A stretch of DNA of 64,000 bases, from assembly GCA_003210375.1 (NCBI GenBank), contig QCVM01000001.1, forward strand, positions 8,126 to 72,125. The letters are read 5' to 3'. Position numbers and translations under genes: made by a program. Shown here piece by piece: positions 11,265 to 21,359 of this stretch. The notes beneath the pieces are model-generated. The model ran no database searches, was not told the DNA's origin, and saw nothing but the letters and a program-made list of their open reading frames with translations. How positions within the stretch are numbered: the stretch's first letter is position 1; each line of letters begins with the position of its first letter. This DNA is from Synechococcus sp. AG-686-B21. GTDB lineage: Bacteria; Cyanobacteriota; Cyanobacteriia; PCC-6307; Cyanobiaceae.

Positions 11265-11304
11265 CCCCAAGTGGGGTAGTGCCCCTCCAAATTAGGGCCC
11301 TAAT
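11265..11304. promoter_or_regulatory. Two palindromes upstream of the mini RTX-like gene
   Basis: CCCCAAGTGGGG at 11265-11276 and perfect 14-bp ATTAGGGCCCTAAT at 11291-11304. Confidence 0.4.
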
Positions 11305-11326
11305 CTAAGCAAAATCCTGTTAAAAA

Positions 11327-11719
11327 ATGGCTGGAAAACGACGTCGCAAAAGCCTCCGGGGATCCTCAGGTGCTGATGAACTGACCGGTACGCCAAAGAA
11401 AAGATCGGTTTATGGCCTGGCCGGCGATGACGTCATCAGCGCTCAAGAGGGTCGCTATAAGGTTTACGGCGGCGAAGGGAAAGACAAGTTCGTCACCCTC
11501 AATGGTGGTAAGGGGCACATGACGATCATGGACATGGAGGCCGGTGAAACGATCGAATTCTGTGGATGTGCTTCAACTGAGATCGAGCAGCGTGGCAAGC
11601 ACGTCCGGATCGTCAAGGGTGACGACGTCAAAGCAGTTGTCAGGAATGCCAATGCCGATGACTTCGACATGGACTTCACCAGCGGTTTGATCACCATGAG
11701 CGCTGATCCGCTGGCCTAA
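11327..11719 (+). CDS. Small RTX-like (degenerate Gly/Asp nonapeptide) protein
   Basis: LRGSSGADELTG, VYGLAGDDVI, VYGGEGKDKF; ATG after A-rich leader. Confidence 0.75.
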   Translation: MAGKRRRKSLRGSSGADELTGTPKKRSVYGLAGDDVISAQEGRYKVYGGEGKDKFVTLNGGKGHMTIMDMEAGETIEFCGCASTEIEQRGKHVRIVKGDDVKAVVRNANADDFDMDFTSGLITMSADPLA

Positions 11720-11776
11720 CCGGCTGTTGCAAGTCTCTGGTTAAGGTCTGGCGAGTTGGCCTGCGGCGGAACTTCG

Positions 11777-12952
11777 ATGTCGTCACTCACAGCTCGCTGG
11801 CACCGCTCCATCGATGAGATTTCAGAGTCTCAGTGGATAGCGTTGGTGGGAGATACAGCCATTCCGTTCTACCGATGGAACTGGCTGGAGGCTCTGGAGA
11901 GTTCGGGCAGCACGATTCCCGATAAAGGTTGGCAACCGCTGCATTTAGCCCTTTGGCGCGACGAGGTGCCTATTGCAGTGGCGCCGTTATTTGTGAAGGG
12001 CCATAGCTACGGCGAATTTGTTTTTGATCAGGCCTTCGCGCGATTGGCGGCAGATCTTGGTTTGCGTTATTACCCAAAGCTCTTAGGGATGAGCCCTGTG
12101 AGCCCGGTTACGGGTTACAGATTTCATGTACTTCCGGAAGAGGATGAAGCGCAGCTCACGGTTTTATTAATACAAACTATCGATGAATTTTGTCAGAAAA
12201 ATGGAATACTAAGTTGTAATTTTCTTTATGTTGATCCGTCTTGGCGCCCTCTCGCTGAGGCAGCAGGTTGCGCAGCTTGGCTGAATCAACAAAGTCTGTG
12301 GAGCCGGGGCAACGATCAAACCTTTGAGGATTATCTTCAGGGTTTTAATGCGAATCAGCGCCGCAATATCAAGCGAGAGCGTAAGGCTGTTGCTAAAGTC
12401 GGAATCAATGTTACGGCCCTCACAGGAGATCAGCTTGATGGTGATCTACTGCAGATTATGTATCAGTTTTATGAGCACCATTGTTCCCAGTGGGGACCAT
12501 GGGGCAGTAAGTATCTGGAGCAGGGATTTTTTGCTTCATTAGCCGATCAATATCGCGAAAATGTGGTGTTGTTTTCGGCTCATCGCGGCGATCCTCGCGA
12601 CCCGGTTGCGATGTCGCTTTGCGTGCGCGATGCCACCTGCCTATGGGGCCGCTATTGGGGAGCGCACGAACAAATTGACTGTTTGCATTTCGAGGTTTGT
12701 TATTACGCTCCAATTCAGTGGGCTCTGCAGCAGGGAATCGATTTATTTGATCCCGGTGCAGGAGGTAGCCATAAGCGGCGCCGTGGATTTGTGGCTCAGC
12801 CGCACGCCAGTTTGCATCGTTGGTATGAACCGCAGATGGATGGGTTGATCCGGGCTTGGTTGCCCAAGGTGAATGGATTAATGCTGGAAGAGATCGATTC
12901 GATCAACGCCGAGCTTCCCTTCAAGGCAGAGTCCCCCAGCTTGGCTTTGTAA
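11777..12952 (+). CDS. FemAB-like GNAT family protein (DUF482-type)
   Basis: HSYGEFVFD, YYPKL, GRYWG, LHFEVCYY, GAGGSHKRRRGF. Confidence 0.88.
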   Translation: MSSLTARWHRSIDEISESQWIALVGDTAIPFYRWNWLEALESSGSTIPDKGWQPLHLALWRDEVPIAVAPLFVKGHSYGEFVFDQAFARLAADLGLRYYPKLLGMSPVSPVTGYRFHVLPEEDEAQLTVLLIQTIDEFCQKNGILSCNFLYVDPSWRPLAEAAGCAAWLNQQSLWSRGNDQTFEDYLQGFNANQRRNIKRERKAVAKVGINVTALTGDQLDGDLLQIMYQFYEHHCSQWGPWGSKYLEQGFFASLADQYRENVVLFSAHRGDPRDPVAMSLCVRDATCLWGRYWGAHEQIDCLHFEVCYYAPIQWALQQGIDLFDPGAGGSHKRRRGFVAQPHASLHRWYEPQMDGLIRAWLPKVNGLMLEEIDSINAELPFKAESPSLAL

Positions 12953-12978
12953 ATTCAAGGGCTTTGTACATTCAATCC

Positions 12979-13383
12979 ATGGTGAATCATCCCGATGTAG
13001 TGCCGCTATCCGAAGCTTTTCAGGAGTTGGATGATCGCTTGTCGCGGCGTTTCATCGCTCTTGATCCCAAGGGTTATTTTTTAATCAAAGTGGATCACGC
13101 TGCGGCGGAGCTGGTGTTGGAGCACTACGGCAACACCATCGATGAGAAGGGTTTGGCCCATGATTCTGAAACGGGCGAAGTGCTGAGTTGCAAGAGTGGT
13201 AATGGACCAAGGCAACCGTCGGCTGTTTATCGAGGGTTCACCGCGAAACAGATTGGGATCCAGCTCACGGAAGGGGAAGGCTCTCACCCGCTCAGTTGCC
13301 TGGATCATGCGTTGTATCTAGGGCGGGAACTTCAGAAGGCTGAGGTTTGCCTCAAGGCCGGAACGTCATACGTTCAAGATTGA
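12979..13383 (+). CDS. DUF4346 domain protein
   Basis: LDPKGYFLI ... DHALYLGRELQKAE ... YVQD. Confidence 0.88.
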   Translation: MVNHPDVVPLSEAFQELDDRLSRRFIALDPKGYFLIKVDHAAAELVLEHYGNTIDEKGLAHDSETGEVLSCKSGNGPRQPSAVYRGFTAKQIGIQLTEGEGSHPLSCLDHALYLGRELQKAEVCLKAGTSYVQD

Positions 13384-13588
13384 ATGAAGCCTGATCAATA
13401 ACCACTGTGTGCTTTTGGAGCTTTGGTTGTTTGTGTGGATGTGATTCCTGTTGTTCACGAATCTCCCTGGGGATCGTTGTGCAAGTCCATGAGCAGTTCG
13501 TTGTGGATGCCCAGCATTCCCCGTCGTGTTGACCAAAAATCACCCGCTTGATCGGCGACGTTTTGGAGTCGATACGTCGCAATTTCAC
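13352..13588 (-). CDS. Possible small hypothetical protein
   Basis: 78-aa ORF filling the gap between DUF4346 and petL; no motif recognised. Confidence 0.4.
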   Translation of the reverse strand: MKLRRIDSKTSPIKRVIFGQHDGECWASTTNCSWTCTTIPREIREQQESHPHKQPKLQKHTVVIDQASFNLERMTFRP

Positions 13589-13658
13589 AAACCCTGTCTC
13601 ACCTAGCCCGCTTGCTACCGAATCTCTGATCTAATGGTGGTTGCTTCTTTGCTTGCTT

Positions 13659-13751
13659 ATGGGCATTGGTATCTACCTCGGACTTGTCGGGACTGGCCTC
13701 GTTGTTGCCTTTGTTCTCACCAAGCTTCTGAAGGGAATCAAGCTGATCTGA
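13659..13751 (+). CDS. petL: Cytochrome b6f complex subunit 6 (PetL)
   Basis: Manual translation [30 protein letters not shown]: single TM helix ending in IKLI; below ORF-track cutoff. Confidence 0.85.
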   Translation: MGIGIYLGLVGTGLVVAFVLTKLLKGIKLI

Positions 13752-14964
13752 TCGGCTCCAGTTTTGCTTTGCCGCGGGTCGCGATCCAACGCAGCGCCAC
13801 GACAAGGCTGATCCCTCCACATAGGGCAAAGGCCGTTGAAAGATTGCTGGCAACGACTACGGCGGCCACCAATAGGCCACTGAGCCCTCCCCCCCCAAGA
13901 AAGGCAATCTGACTGAGCCCTGCCATGCGCCCTCGCATCACTTGGTCTGAGCCGATTTGAGTGATCAGGTTGCAGCTGCTTAAAAGTCCTGCGGTGCCGG
14001 CACCGATCAGAAAGGCCATGGCCAAGCTGAACACCACACCAAGACTTCGAGACATGCCCAATTGGGCAATAGCTGTAATCACCCCAAATCCTCCGAGGGT
14101 GAGGAAAGGGCGATAGCTGAATTGTGCGCTGTTGCGTTGTAGCACCAACCCTCCGGCAATGCTCCCTGCCGCAAGCACGCTCGTGAATAGGCCAAGGTCT
14201 GTGGGTTTCCCTCCCAGCACTTCAAAAGCAATTAGCGGGGCCAGTCCAGGATGGAAAAATCCCACTAAACACAGCACAGCGGTGAGGGTGAGCACCCCTT
14301 GCAAGGTTGAGCCGCACTCGCGCCAAGCGCTCGTTAACCCAGCATTCTTCCCATTGGTGCTGCGGATCTCCCTTGTGCTGTCTGGCCGTAGAAAAAACAT
14401 CACGCTGGCGATCGGCAGCAGATAACTGGCTGCGTCGATGCCTAAGGCCCATGTGGGTCCCGTTGCCGCCAGCAGCCAGCCGCCGATCGGTGGCCCCACG
14501 AGTTTCCCAACGTTGAACACCACGGAAAAGCTTGTGAGGTAGCTCCCCAATTGCTTGGGCCCCACCAGGATTGAACAGTATTTGTTGCGAGCTGTGAGTT
14601 CATAGGCCCCTGCGATCCCAACAAGCAGCGTGCTGCTAAGCAGCAAGATCACCTGAATCATCCCCTCAAACAGGGGAATGGCTAAGGCTCCTAATCCAGC
14701 AGCGGCCAAAAGGGCCCATTGCGACTGCACCAGCACCCGTTCGCAGCCAACACGATCGGTGCGGACCCCCGCTGGGCCACTAATTAACAGCGTTGGCAGG
14801 GATAGCGCCGCGAAATTCAGGGCGAGCAGAAATGGATCGGCGCTGCCATCCATCAGGATCCAGCCCTTGGCCGTGATGCCTGCAAACGATCCAGCCGTGC
14901 TTACGCCAGAGGCAACTAAAAACAGCCGGCGTTGCTGCTCGGGCTGCAGTTGGAGAACCTTCAA
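13738..14964 (-). CDS. MFS transporter
   Basis: About 12 hydrophobic segments, GVRTDRVG loop, MRGRMAG. Confidence 0.88.
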   Translation of the reverse strand: MKVLQLQPEQQRRLFLVASGVSTAGSFAGITAKGWILMDGSADPFLLALNFAALSLPTLLISGPAGVRTDRVGCERVLVQSQWALLAAAGLGALAIPLFEGMIQVILLLSSTLLVGIAGAYELTARNKYCSILVGPKQLGSYLTSFSVVFNVGKLVGPPIGGWLLAATGPTWALGIDAASYLLPIASVMFFLRPDSTREIRSTNGKNAGLTSAWRECGSTLQGVLTLTAVLCLVGFFHPGLAPLIAFEVLGGKPTDLGLFTSVLAAGSIAGGLVLQRNSAQFSYRPFLTLGGFGVITAIAQLGMSRSLGVVFSLAMAFLIGAGTAGLLSSCNLITQIGSDQVMRGRMAGLSQIAFLGGGGLSGLLVAAVVVASNLSTAFALCGGISLVVALRWIATRGKAKLEPIRSA

Positions 14965-16385
14965 TCCTGCACTCTGGCTTCAGCCACCATGGCGCGTGCA
15001 CCAACGATGTGTCCGGTCAGGTCGTAGATATCGGCACCCGTAATTTTCACCGGAACAAAACTGCCTGGTGCGGCCTGTTGTCCGTCATCGCCAGGCCGAA
15101 CATGCACTTCACCATCCACTTCTGGAGCAAAGCGGGAGCATCGGCCGATCATCTCGCCCGTTTGTGGGTTGTGCTGTTCGATCAACACATCAACCGTTTT
15201 GCCTACCCAGCACTGGTTGCGCTCGGCGGCAATGGGTTGTTGCAAAGCCATCAGAGCATCTTTTCGGGCTTGAGCCACATCGGGATCAACCCGATTCGGT
15301 AGATCAGCGGCAGCGGTTCCATCTTCCGGTGAAAACGTGAAGACCCCCACATGATCAAAGCGTTGCGTTTCTAAGAAGTGCGCCAAGTGTTGGAAGTGCT
15401 CTTCGGTTTCGCCTGGAAATCCCACGATCAAGGTGGTCCGTAAGACGGCATCAGGCAGTTGCTCTCGGATCTGATCGAGCAGCCGTTCATTCACATCTGC
15501 TTGCCAGGGGCGGTTCATGGCCCGAAGCACATCAGGGTGGCTGTGTTGCAGAGGTAAATCCAGATACGGAACCACATTGGGCACGTCGCGGTATGCGGCT
15601 ACAACCGCAGGTGTGAGTCCTGTTGGGTAGGCGTAGTGCACTCGAATCCAGGGAATCTCCACCTCGCCAAGGGCGCGCAACAGCTCCGCCAATTTCGGTT
15701 TGCCGTAGATGTCCAGTCCGTAGTTGGTTGTGATTTGGCTAATCAGAATCAGCTCTTGAACCCCTTGCTCTGCCAGTTGGTGGGCTTCGGCCACGATCGA
15801 TTCAATCGTTCGGCTGCGCTGGTTGCCTCTTAATTTTGGAATGATGCAAAAAGCGCAGCGGTAATCGCAGCCTTCAGCCACTTTTAAAAAGGCCACCGCT
15901 TGATCTGTGGTGCGTTGGCGTGGCAGATGTTCATCGCCCACAAAACTCGGCACCGCGCTGACGCGGTTCACCCGTTCGCCCGCTTCCACCCGCTGCAGCA
16001 CATCCACGATGTGCTGATAATCGCCGGTGCCAACGATCGCTTTTGCTTCTGGAATCGACTCGAGCAGCTCTTCCTGAAAGTGCTGCGCCAAGCAGCCCGC
16101 GATGATCAACTCCTTGCCCTGTTCGGCCAGGCCCACGAGGGTTCGAACCGATTCCTCCCTGGCGTCTTGAATGAAACTGCAGGTGTTCACCACCACAACA
16201 GAAGCATCCGCCTCATCAGTGCTGACGCCATAGCCCGCATCAGCGAGGAGTCCCACCATGTGTTCCGTGTCGACCCGGTTCTTTTCGCAGCCCAAGTGAG
16301 CGAAGGCAACCGTCGGCTTTTCAGAGGGCTTTTCAGAGGGCTTCGCCATGGTTTTGGCGGCGGATTTAGTCGTCGTGCTCGTCAT
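14961..16385 (-). CDS. rimO: Ribosomal protein S12 methylthiotransferase
   Basis: [29 protein letters not shown]-terminal TRAM domain (APEVDG). Confidence 0.95.
   Translation of the reverse strand: MTSTTTKSAAKTMAKPSEKPSEKPTVAFAHLGCEKNRVDTEHMVGLLADAGYGVSTDEADASVVVVNTCSFIQDAREESVRTLVGLAEQGKELIIAGCLAQHFQEELLESIPEAKAIVGTGDYQHIVDVLQRVEAGERVNRVSAVPSFVGDEHLPRQRTTDQAVAFLKVAEGCDYRCAFCIIPKLRGNQRSRTIESIVAEAHQLAEQGVQELILISQITTNYGLDIYGKPKLAELLRALGEVEIPWIRVHYAYPTGLTPAVVAAYRDVPNVVPYLDLPLQHSHPDVLRAMNRPWQADVNERLLDQIREQLPDAVLRTTLIVGFPGETEEHFQHLAHFLETQRFDHVGVFTFSPEDGTAAADLPNRVDPDVAQARKDALMALQQPIAAERNQCWVGKTVDVLIEQHNPQTGEMIGRCSRFAPEVDGEVHVRPGDDGQQAAPGSFVPVKITGADIYDLTGHIVGARAMVAEARVQD
16315..16343. repeat. In-frame 12-bp tandem repeat in rimO 5' end
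   Basis: GGCTTTTCAGAG x2 plus partial copy; encodes [10 protein letters not shown]. Confidence 0.8.
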
Positions 16386-16471
16386 CTCTGCGCCGTCAAG
16401 CCTTTCATCAGCCTAGGGAGAGGACGAATGGATCTCCAGCTGACAGAATTTGGCTACTTGATAGGTCATGG

Positions 16472-17401
16472 ATGGGCAGCACCCGTCTTGTCAGTCGTCG
16501 TCGTCAAGACCCTGGAGCCAAGTGGGCACGCATTGCGATGGCAGTGCTGGGCACGATCGGCGTCATTGATACGGGGTCGATCACGCTGAAGCGCTGGGGT
16601 TTCCTTGGCGATCTCACTTGCCCCATGGGTGCCGACGGGTGCGACAAGGTGCTCAATAGTGCTTGGGGTTCGCTCGCCGACGGCATTCCGCTGTCGTTGG
16701 TGGGTCTGATCTCTTACATCGCGGTGCTGTTGATGGCTTTGGTGCCTTTGTTGCCAGGGCTGCAGGAAAACAAGTCGGAGTTGTCGCGTCGCACGTGGTG
16801 GGGACTCTTCTTCGTCTCCACAGGAATGACGGTGTTCAGCGGTGTTTTGTTGGGCCTGATGGTCTTCAAAATTCAGGCTTTTTGCTTTTTCTGTGTTCTC
16901 TCCGCAGCGTTGTCCCTCATCCTCTTGGTGCTGTCAGTGGTGGGCGGCGGTTGGGACGACCCAGGCACCTTGATCTTCCGGGGTGTGCTGTTAGCCCTTG
17001 CAGTGTTGCTAGGCGGACTGATCTGGGCGTCGGTGGTCGATCCAAACCGGCCTGAATCAACCGCAACGGGGGCCGGCATCGCCCCAGTAGTCACCGAGGC
17101 AAGCTCCCCTGCAACGGTCGCATTGGCGAACCATCTCACCGCTGGTGGTGCCGTGATGTATTCGGCCTATTGGTGCCCCCACTGCCATGAGCAAAAGGAG
17201 TTGTTTGGCAAGGAAGCCAGTCAGCAGTTGCAGGTTGTTGAGTGTGCCGCCGATGGCCAGAACAACCAAGCTGATCTTTGCCGTAGCAAGGGTTTGGAGG
17301 GGTTCCCGAGTTGGGAAATCAATGGAGAGATTGATTCTGGGGTGAAATCGCTCGATACACTTGCCGATCTCAGTGGTTACAAGGGAGATCGCGAGTTCTG
17401 A
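16472..17401 (+). CDS. Vitamin K epoxide reductase-thioredoxin fusion (disulfide formation)
   Basis: GCDKVLNS, CFFC, then YWCPHC thioredoxin domain. Confidence 0.92.
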   Translation: MGSTRLVSRRRQDPGAKWARIAMAVLGTIGVIDTGSITLKRWGFLGDLTCPMGADGCDKVLNSAWGSLADGIPLSLVGLISYIAVLLMALVPLLPGLQENKSELSRRTWWGLFFVSTGMTVFSGVLLGLMVFKIQAFCFFCVLSAALSLILLVLSVVGGGWDDPGTLIFRGVLLALAVLLGGLIWASVVDPNRPESTATGAGIAPVVTEASSPATVALANHLTAGGAVMYSAYWCPHCHEQKELFGKEASQQLQVVECAADGQNNQADLCRSKGLEGFPSWEINGEIDSGVKSLDTLADLSGYKGDREF

Positions 17402-17402
17402 A

Positions 17403-19079
17403 TTAGCGCCGTACAGCCCTGGTTCGGATTCCGTGCTGCACACATTGGCGCGAGTGGCACTGCCATTGAGGCAGTGCCACTGGGGCATCAATCCGAAAAT
17501 GACCGCCTCGGCTCTCGCGTCGGAATAACCCTGCTTCCAGCATCAGCCGACTGGTCTGCAAGCGGTGATGGAGGTCCAGCAGCAGATTGAGATTCCTGCG
17601 GCTGCTGTCCCCGAGTTCCAGAGTTTCTGCATGATCAAGATCCTTCACCAGCCGCAAGAGCGGTTGTTGTTCTAACCAGTTCTCGTCCTCTTGAACCTGT
17701 TGGAGCGCCTCTTGTAATCCCTTCACGATGCGATCGACGCCAGCAGTTTGCCAGCACAATTGCCGCAGTTGTTCAATCCTTGCCATCAGCCCTGTGCTGC
17801 TTTCGCCACTGCTGCTTCCGTCACTGCTGAGATCTAGGTCACAGCTGCTGGGTTTGGATCGCTTCACCTGTTGTTGTTGTGGTCCGAGCTCGATCGACTT
17901 CAGTTGGTGAGCAAATACCAAACATTCCATCAGGGAATTGCTGGCAAGGCGATTAGCGCCATGGAGTCCAGTGCAAGCCACTTCGCCAACCGCAAAGAGC
18001 CCTGGCAGGTTGGTCGCTGCTTGCAGATTGGTGGCAATACCACCCATCCAGTAGTGCGCGGCTGGCGCCACGGGGATCGGATGTTCTAAAGGGTTCAGTC
18101 CAAATTCACTGCACCGGTCAAGGATGGTTGGGAAGCGTGCTTCGGCCTGTTCCCTGGGAATCGCACTGAAGTCAAGCCAGATTTGTCCTACCCCTTGCCG
18201 CTGCATCGCTTGCACGAGGGCCCGACTGACTTGATCGCGGGGCGAAAGATCTCCTTGCGGCAAGTGAGCTACGGGGCTGCAACCACGGTCATCCAACAAC
18301 ACCCCCCCTTCTCCACGGACTGCTTCGGTGATCAGGAAACAGGGAGCGTCGTCTAGTCGTAAGGCGGTGGGATGAAATTGAACGAATTCCAGGTCTTCCA
18401 CGGCTGCTCCGGCTTGCCAGGCCAAGGCAATTCCTTCACCACATGCCTGGGCTGGATTGGTGGTGTTGGCGAAGAGATGTCCACCGCCTCCACTGGCCAG
18501 CACCACGGCCCTGGCTTGCACGGTGTAGAGCAGGCGACCATCCAGCACTTGGACGCCACTGCAGCATCCGTCTTCCACGGTCAGCTTGGTCACCCTTACA
18601 CCACGGCGATGCAGCAAGCCTTCCCGTTCTTCGACGCGTTCCCGGAGTACATCTACGAGAGCTCGTCCGGTTTGGTCTTGCACGTGTAAGACCCGTTTAT
18701 GGCTGTGGGCAGCCTCAAGCGTTGTGGCGAGATTTGGGCCATCTCGGTCAAAGGCCATCCCCAGTCGTTGTAGGCGCTCGACGCAATGGGGAGCTTCGTC
18801 CACCAGAAGGCGAACGGCATCCCCATCGCAAAGTCCAGCGCCCGCATGAATGGTGTCCTCAGCGTGGCTGCTGGCGTTGTCTTCAGGTCGCGTCACCGCC
18901 GCAATACCACCTTGAGCCCAGCGGCTGGATGAACGACGTCCGGTATTGCGGTTAAGCAGCAAGACGCTTAAACCCGCCGGCAGGTCGAGGCAGGTCATTA
19001 AGCCTGCTGCCCCTGCACCAATCACCACAACATCCCAAGGACCTGGAGGAATCGGATCAAGCGAACGGGGCTGGGCCAT
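17403..19079 (-). CDS. nadB: L-aspartate oxidase
   Basis: AQGGIAA, EAAHS, EFVQFHPT, GLHGANRLASNSL, ESRGGH. Confidence 0.95.
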   Translation of the reverse strand: MAQPRSLDPIPPGPWDVVVIGAGAAGLMTCLDLPAGLSVLLLNRNTGRRSSSRWAQGGIAAVTRPEDNASSHAEDTIHAGAGLCDGDAVRLLVDEAPHCVERLQRLGMAFDRDGPNLATTLEAAHSHKRVLHVQDQTGRALVDVLRERVEEREGLLHRRGVRVTKLTVEDGCCSGVQVLDGRLLYTVQARAVVLASGGGGHLFANTTNPAQACGEGIALAWQAGAAVEDLEFVQFHPTALRLDDAPCFLITEAVRGEGGVLLDDRGCSPVAHLPQGDLSPRDQVSRALVQAMQRQGVGQIWLDFSAIPREQAEARFPTILDRCSEFGLNPLEHPIPVAPAAHYWMGGIATNLQAATNLPGLFAVGEVACTGLHGANRLASNSLMECLVFAHQLKSIELGPQQQQVKRSKPSSCDLDLSSDGSSSGESSTGLMARIEQLRQLCWQTAGVDRIVKGLQEALQQVQEDENWLEQQPLLRLVKDLDHAETLELGDSSRRNLNLLLDLHHRLQTSRLMLEAGLFRRESRGGHFRIDAPVALPQWQCHSRQCVQHGIRTRAVRR

Positions 19080-19085
19080 GGAGGC

Positions 19086-19113
19086 AAAAAAACCGCCGGT
19101 GTTCCCGGCGGTT
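19086..19113 (-). terminator. Rho-independent terminator after psbU
   Basis: Minus strand AACCGCCGG-GAACA-CCGGCGG followed by T7. Confidence 0.85.
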
Positions 19114-19163
19114 CATACGATCACAGTCAGGTCTGTGTTGGGAATTTGTATCGAGAGGTTGTT

Positions 19164-19574
19164 TTAGCGGTACTGACCATCGTTAATCCTGTCATCACCT
19201 TCATTGAGGGCGATGGATGGAGGCGTCACAGTGAAATTGTCGCGGTATTTGGCAAACAATTCTTTTTGGCGCTCGCTTAGGTCAAGCTCCAGGACGTCGT
19301 CGACATTGTCGTAAGGACCGCCAAGGACAATTTTGCCGGCCATCGTTGGATACATCCCAGGAAACTGCTGAAATCGGCGTACGGAGGAGTTGTTGAGATC
19401 CACCTTGCCTTCTCTTTCAGCGATCTTGTCATCCACAACGTTGCGGATTTCGCTCCCGGAATATTTCCCAAGCAAGTCCTCTTCCGCATAGAGCGCGGAT
19501 GGGAGCACAAGGCTTGCAAACAAGCCTGCCATTACTAGGGCGCCGGTCAGCCAGCTGAGAAGCCGCTTCATCAC
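19164..19574 (-). CDS. psbU: Photosystem II 12 kDa extrinsic protein
   Basis: KVDLNNS, PGMYPT, DRINDGQYR; signal peptide. Confidence 0.95.
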   Translation of the reverse strand: MMKRLLSWLTGALVMAGLFASLVLPSALYAEEDLLGKYSGSEIRNVVDDKIAEREGKVDLNNSSVRRFQQFPGMYPTMAGKIVLGGPYDNVDDVLELDLSERQKELFAKYRDNFTVTPPSIALNEGDDRINDGQYR

Positions 19575-19683
19575 TACTCTCGATCAAGGGACGGAACGGG
19601 ACGGCCGGCAATGCCGGTTCGCAAAGAATACAAGTCGAATTCCCGTTCTAGTTCGACAAAACCCAGAGGTTTTGCAGTTCGTT

Positions 19684-20400
19684 TCACTCGATCAATCCGC
19701 TGAGGCCTGGTTGAACGATGGCTGCTAGTAGGAAAAGACCATCAACCCACAGGGTTGTCATCAATACCGCAGCCGACATAGACAGCGTGTCGCTGCTGTT
19801 CAAAAATGGTGTCTCGCGTTTCGACAATGTTTCTGCAAGCCAAATAATGGAACCGGCGGCCAACATGAGTGCCGTAACCGGTAGGGGGTGCAGAAGATGA
19901 AGACCTGCTTCATGGAGAAGTTGCGGCGCTGTATCGAGGGAAGCAGTTACGACACCTGGCCAGAAGCGCATGACGCCGGTCACGGCCATCATCAAATCGG
20001 TGAAGGCTGTACCTACCAATGACGACAAATAAAAAGCGGAGGCAAGCCGCCATCGTGTCCCAAAGCCAGTTAGCGCAATCGGTAATGCAAAGGCCTCGAC
20101 TGGTAAGTGCAAAACAGGATGGGCCCTCAGCCAACCCCAAAACACACATCCAGCCAGCCAACTGCCGCTGAAACCAACGATCAAGGCACCGAAATCGGCT
20201 TTTTGTTGATTGTCACTGCGATTCAAAACAACGCCGATCGCCACCAAAACAGCAGTAAATATGGTTGCTGAGAAGGGATGAACGCGAACCCATGGAGCCT
20301 GTAGGAAAACAGGAAGCACAACCATGGCAGCGGCGACCTTTGCCACCGAAACGAACCACAGACGGTCTGAGGCTGTGGATTGCCAGGTGCCGCCGACCAA
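19684..20400 (-). CDS. DUF3120 family membrane protein
   Basis: LPVFLQAPWVR, SWLAGCVFWGW, HLPVEA. Confidence 0.85.
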   Translation of the reverse strand: MVGGTWQSTASDRLWFVSVAKVAAAMVVLPVFLQAPWVRVHPFSATIFTAVLVAIGVVLNRSDNQQKADFGALIVGFSGSWLAGCVFWGWLRAHPVLHLPVEAFALPIALTGFGTRWRLASAFYLSSLVGTAFTDLMMAVTGVMRFWPGVVTASLDTAPQLLHEAGLHLLHPLPVTALMLAAGSIIWLAETLSKRETPFLNSSDTLSMSAAVLMTTLWVDGLFLLAAIVQPGLSGLIE

Positions 20401-20487
20401 GTGCTCCTCGTTACAAAGTCACGAAACCTTAGAAGACATTGTCGATACATGTGCCCGACATAGGGTCGCCTCAATGTTTGAGCTCGA

Positions 20488-21339
20488 ATGATCGATACGC
20501 CTGCTCCTTTGGGTCTTCTTGAGGCTTTGGTGCTCGGCATCGTCCAAGGACTAACCGAGTTCCTGCCGATTAGTAGTACCGCTCACCTAAGAGTTGTTCC
20601 CGCATTGCTTGGCTGGGACGACCCAGGAGTGTCTGTTACGGCAGCGATTCAGCTGGGGAGCGTCGCGGCAGTCGTTGCCTATTTCCGTCAAGACCTCACC
20701 CAGGTGCTGAGGGGCATCAGCCGTGCGGTGCGTCATGGACAGTGGCGAGAACCCGACGCCCGTCTGGGTGTGGCCATGGTGATTGGAACCTTGCCCATCT
20801 TGGTGGTGGGCCTCGGCATCAAGTTTTTTTGGCATGCGGGCTATGCCAGCTCCTCACTGCGGAGTGTTCCGTCCATTGCCATCGTTTCGATAGTGATGGC
20901 ACTGTCTCTCGCCTTGGCCGAATGCTACGGACCGCGGATTAAAAAGCTTGAGGGCGTAATGGGCCGTGATGGCTTTGTGGTGGGCTTGGCCCAAGCATTG
21001 GCTGTGATCCCAGGAGTGTCCCGTTCTGGAAGCACGCTCACCGCCTCGTTGTTTGATGGTTGGAAACGGGCAGATGCAGCCCGTTTCTCTTTCCTATTGG
21101 GCATACCTGCCATTTCTATTGCCGGTTTGGTTGAGCTGAAAAGCGCTTTGAGAGTTTGCTCAGGGGCTGGTCCCTTGCCTCTCGTTGTGGGGATTCTTTC
21201 CGCTGCAGTGGTGTCTTGGTTAGCCATCGACTGGCTGTTGCGTTTCCTTCAACGCAACAGCACCTGGATTTTTGTTGGTTACCGATTGGTGTTCGGTGCA
21301 GGACTTTTGGTCTGGTGGGCGCTTAAAAGCGCAAACTGA
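20488..21339 (+). CDS. uppP: Undecaprenyl-diphosphate phosphatase
   Basis: QGLTEFLPISSTAH, PGVSRSGST. Confidence 0.95.
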   Translation: MIDTPAPLGLLEALVLGIVQGLTEFLPISSTAHLRVVPALLGWDDPGVSVTAAIQLGSVAAVVAYFRQDLTQVLRGISRAVRHGQWREPDARLGVAMVIGTLPILVVGLGIKFFWHAGYASSSLRSVPSIAIVSIVMALSLALAECYGPRIKKLEGVMGRDGFVVGLAQALAVIPGVSRSGSTLTASLFDGWKRADAARFSFLLGIPAISIAGLVELKSALRVCSGAGPLPLVVGILSAAVVSWLAIDWLLRFLQRNSTWIFVGYRLVFGAGLLVWWALKSAN

Positions 21340-21359
21340 TAAGGAGTTGATGCGGGCTT

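Noticed and set aside
13634..13912. 92-aa Cys-containing ORF
   Set aside because: Different frame from petL and antisense to the MFS gene; petL explains the region
16315..16343. Phase variation via the rimO 12-bp repeat
   Set aside because: The repeat is in frame and in a low-complexity N-terminal tail, so copy changes would not switch expression
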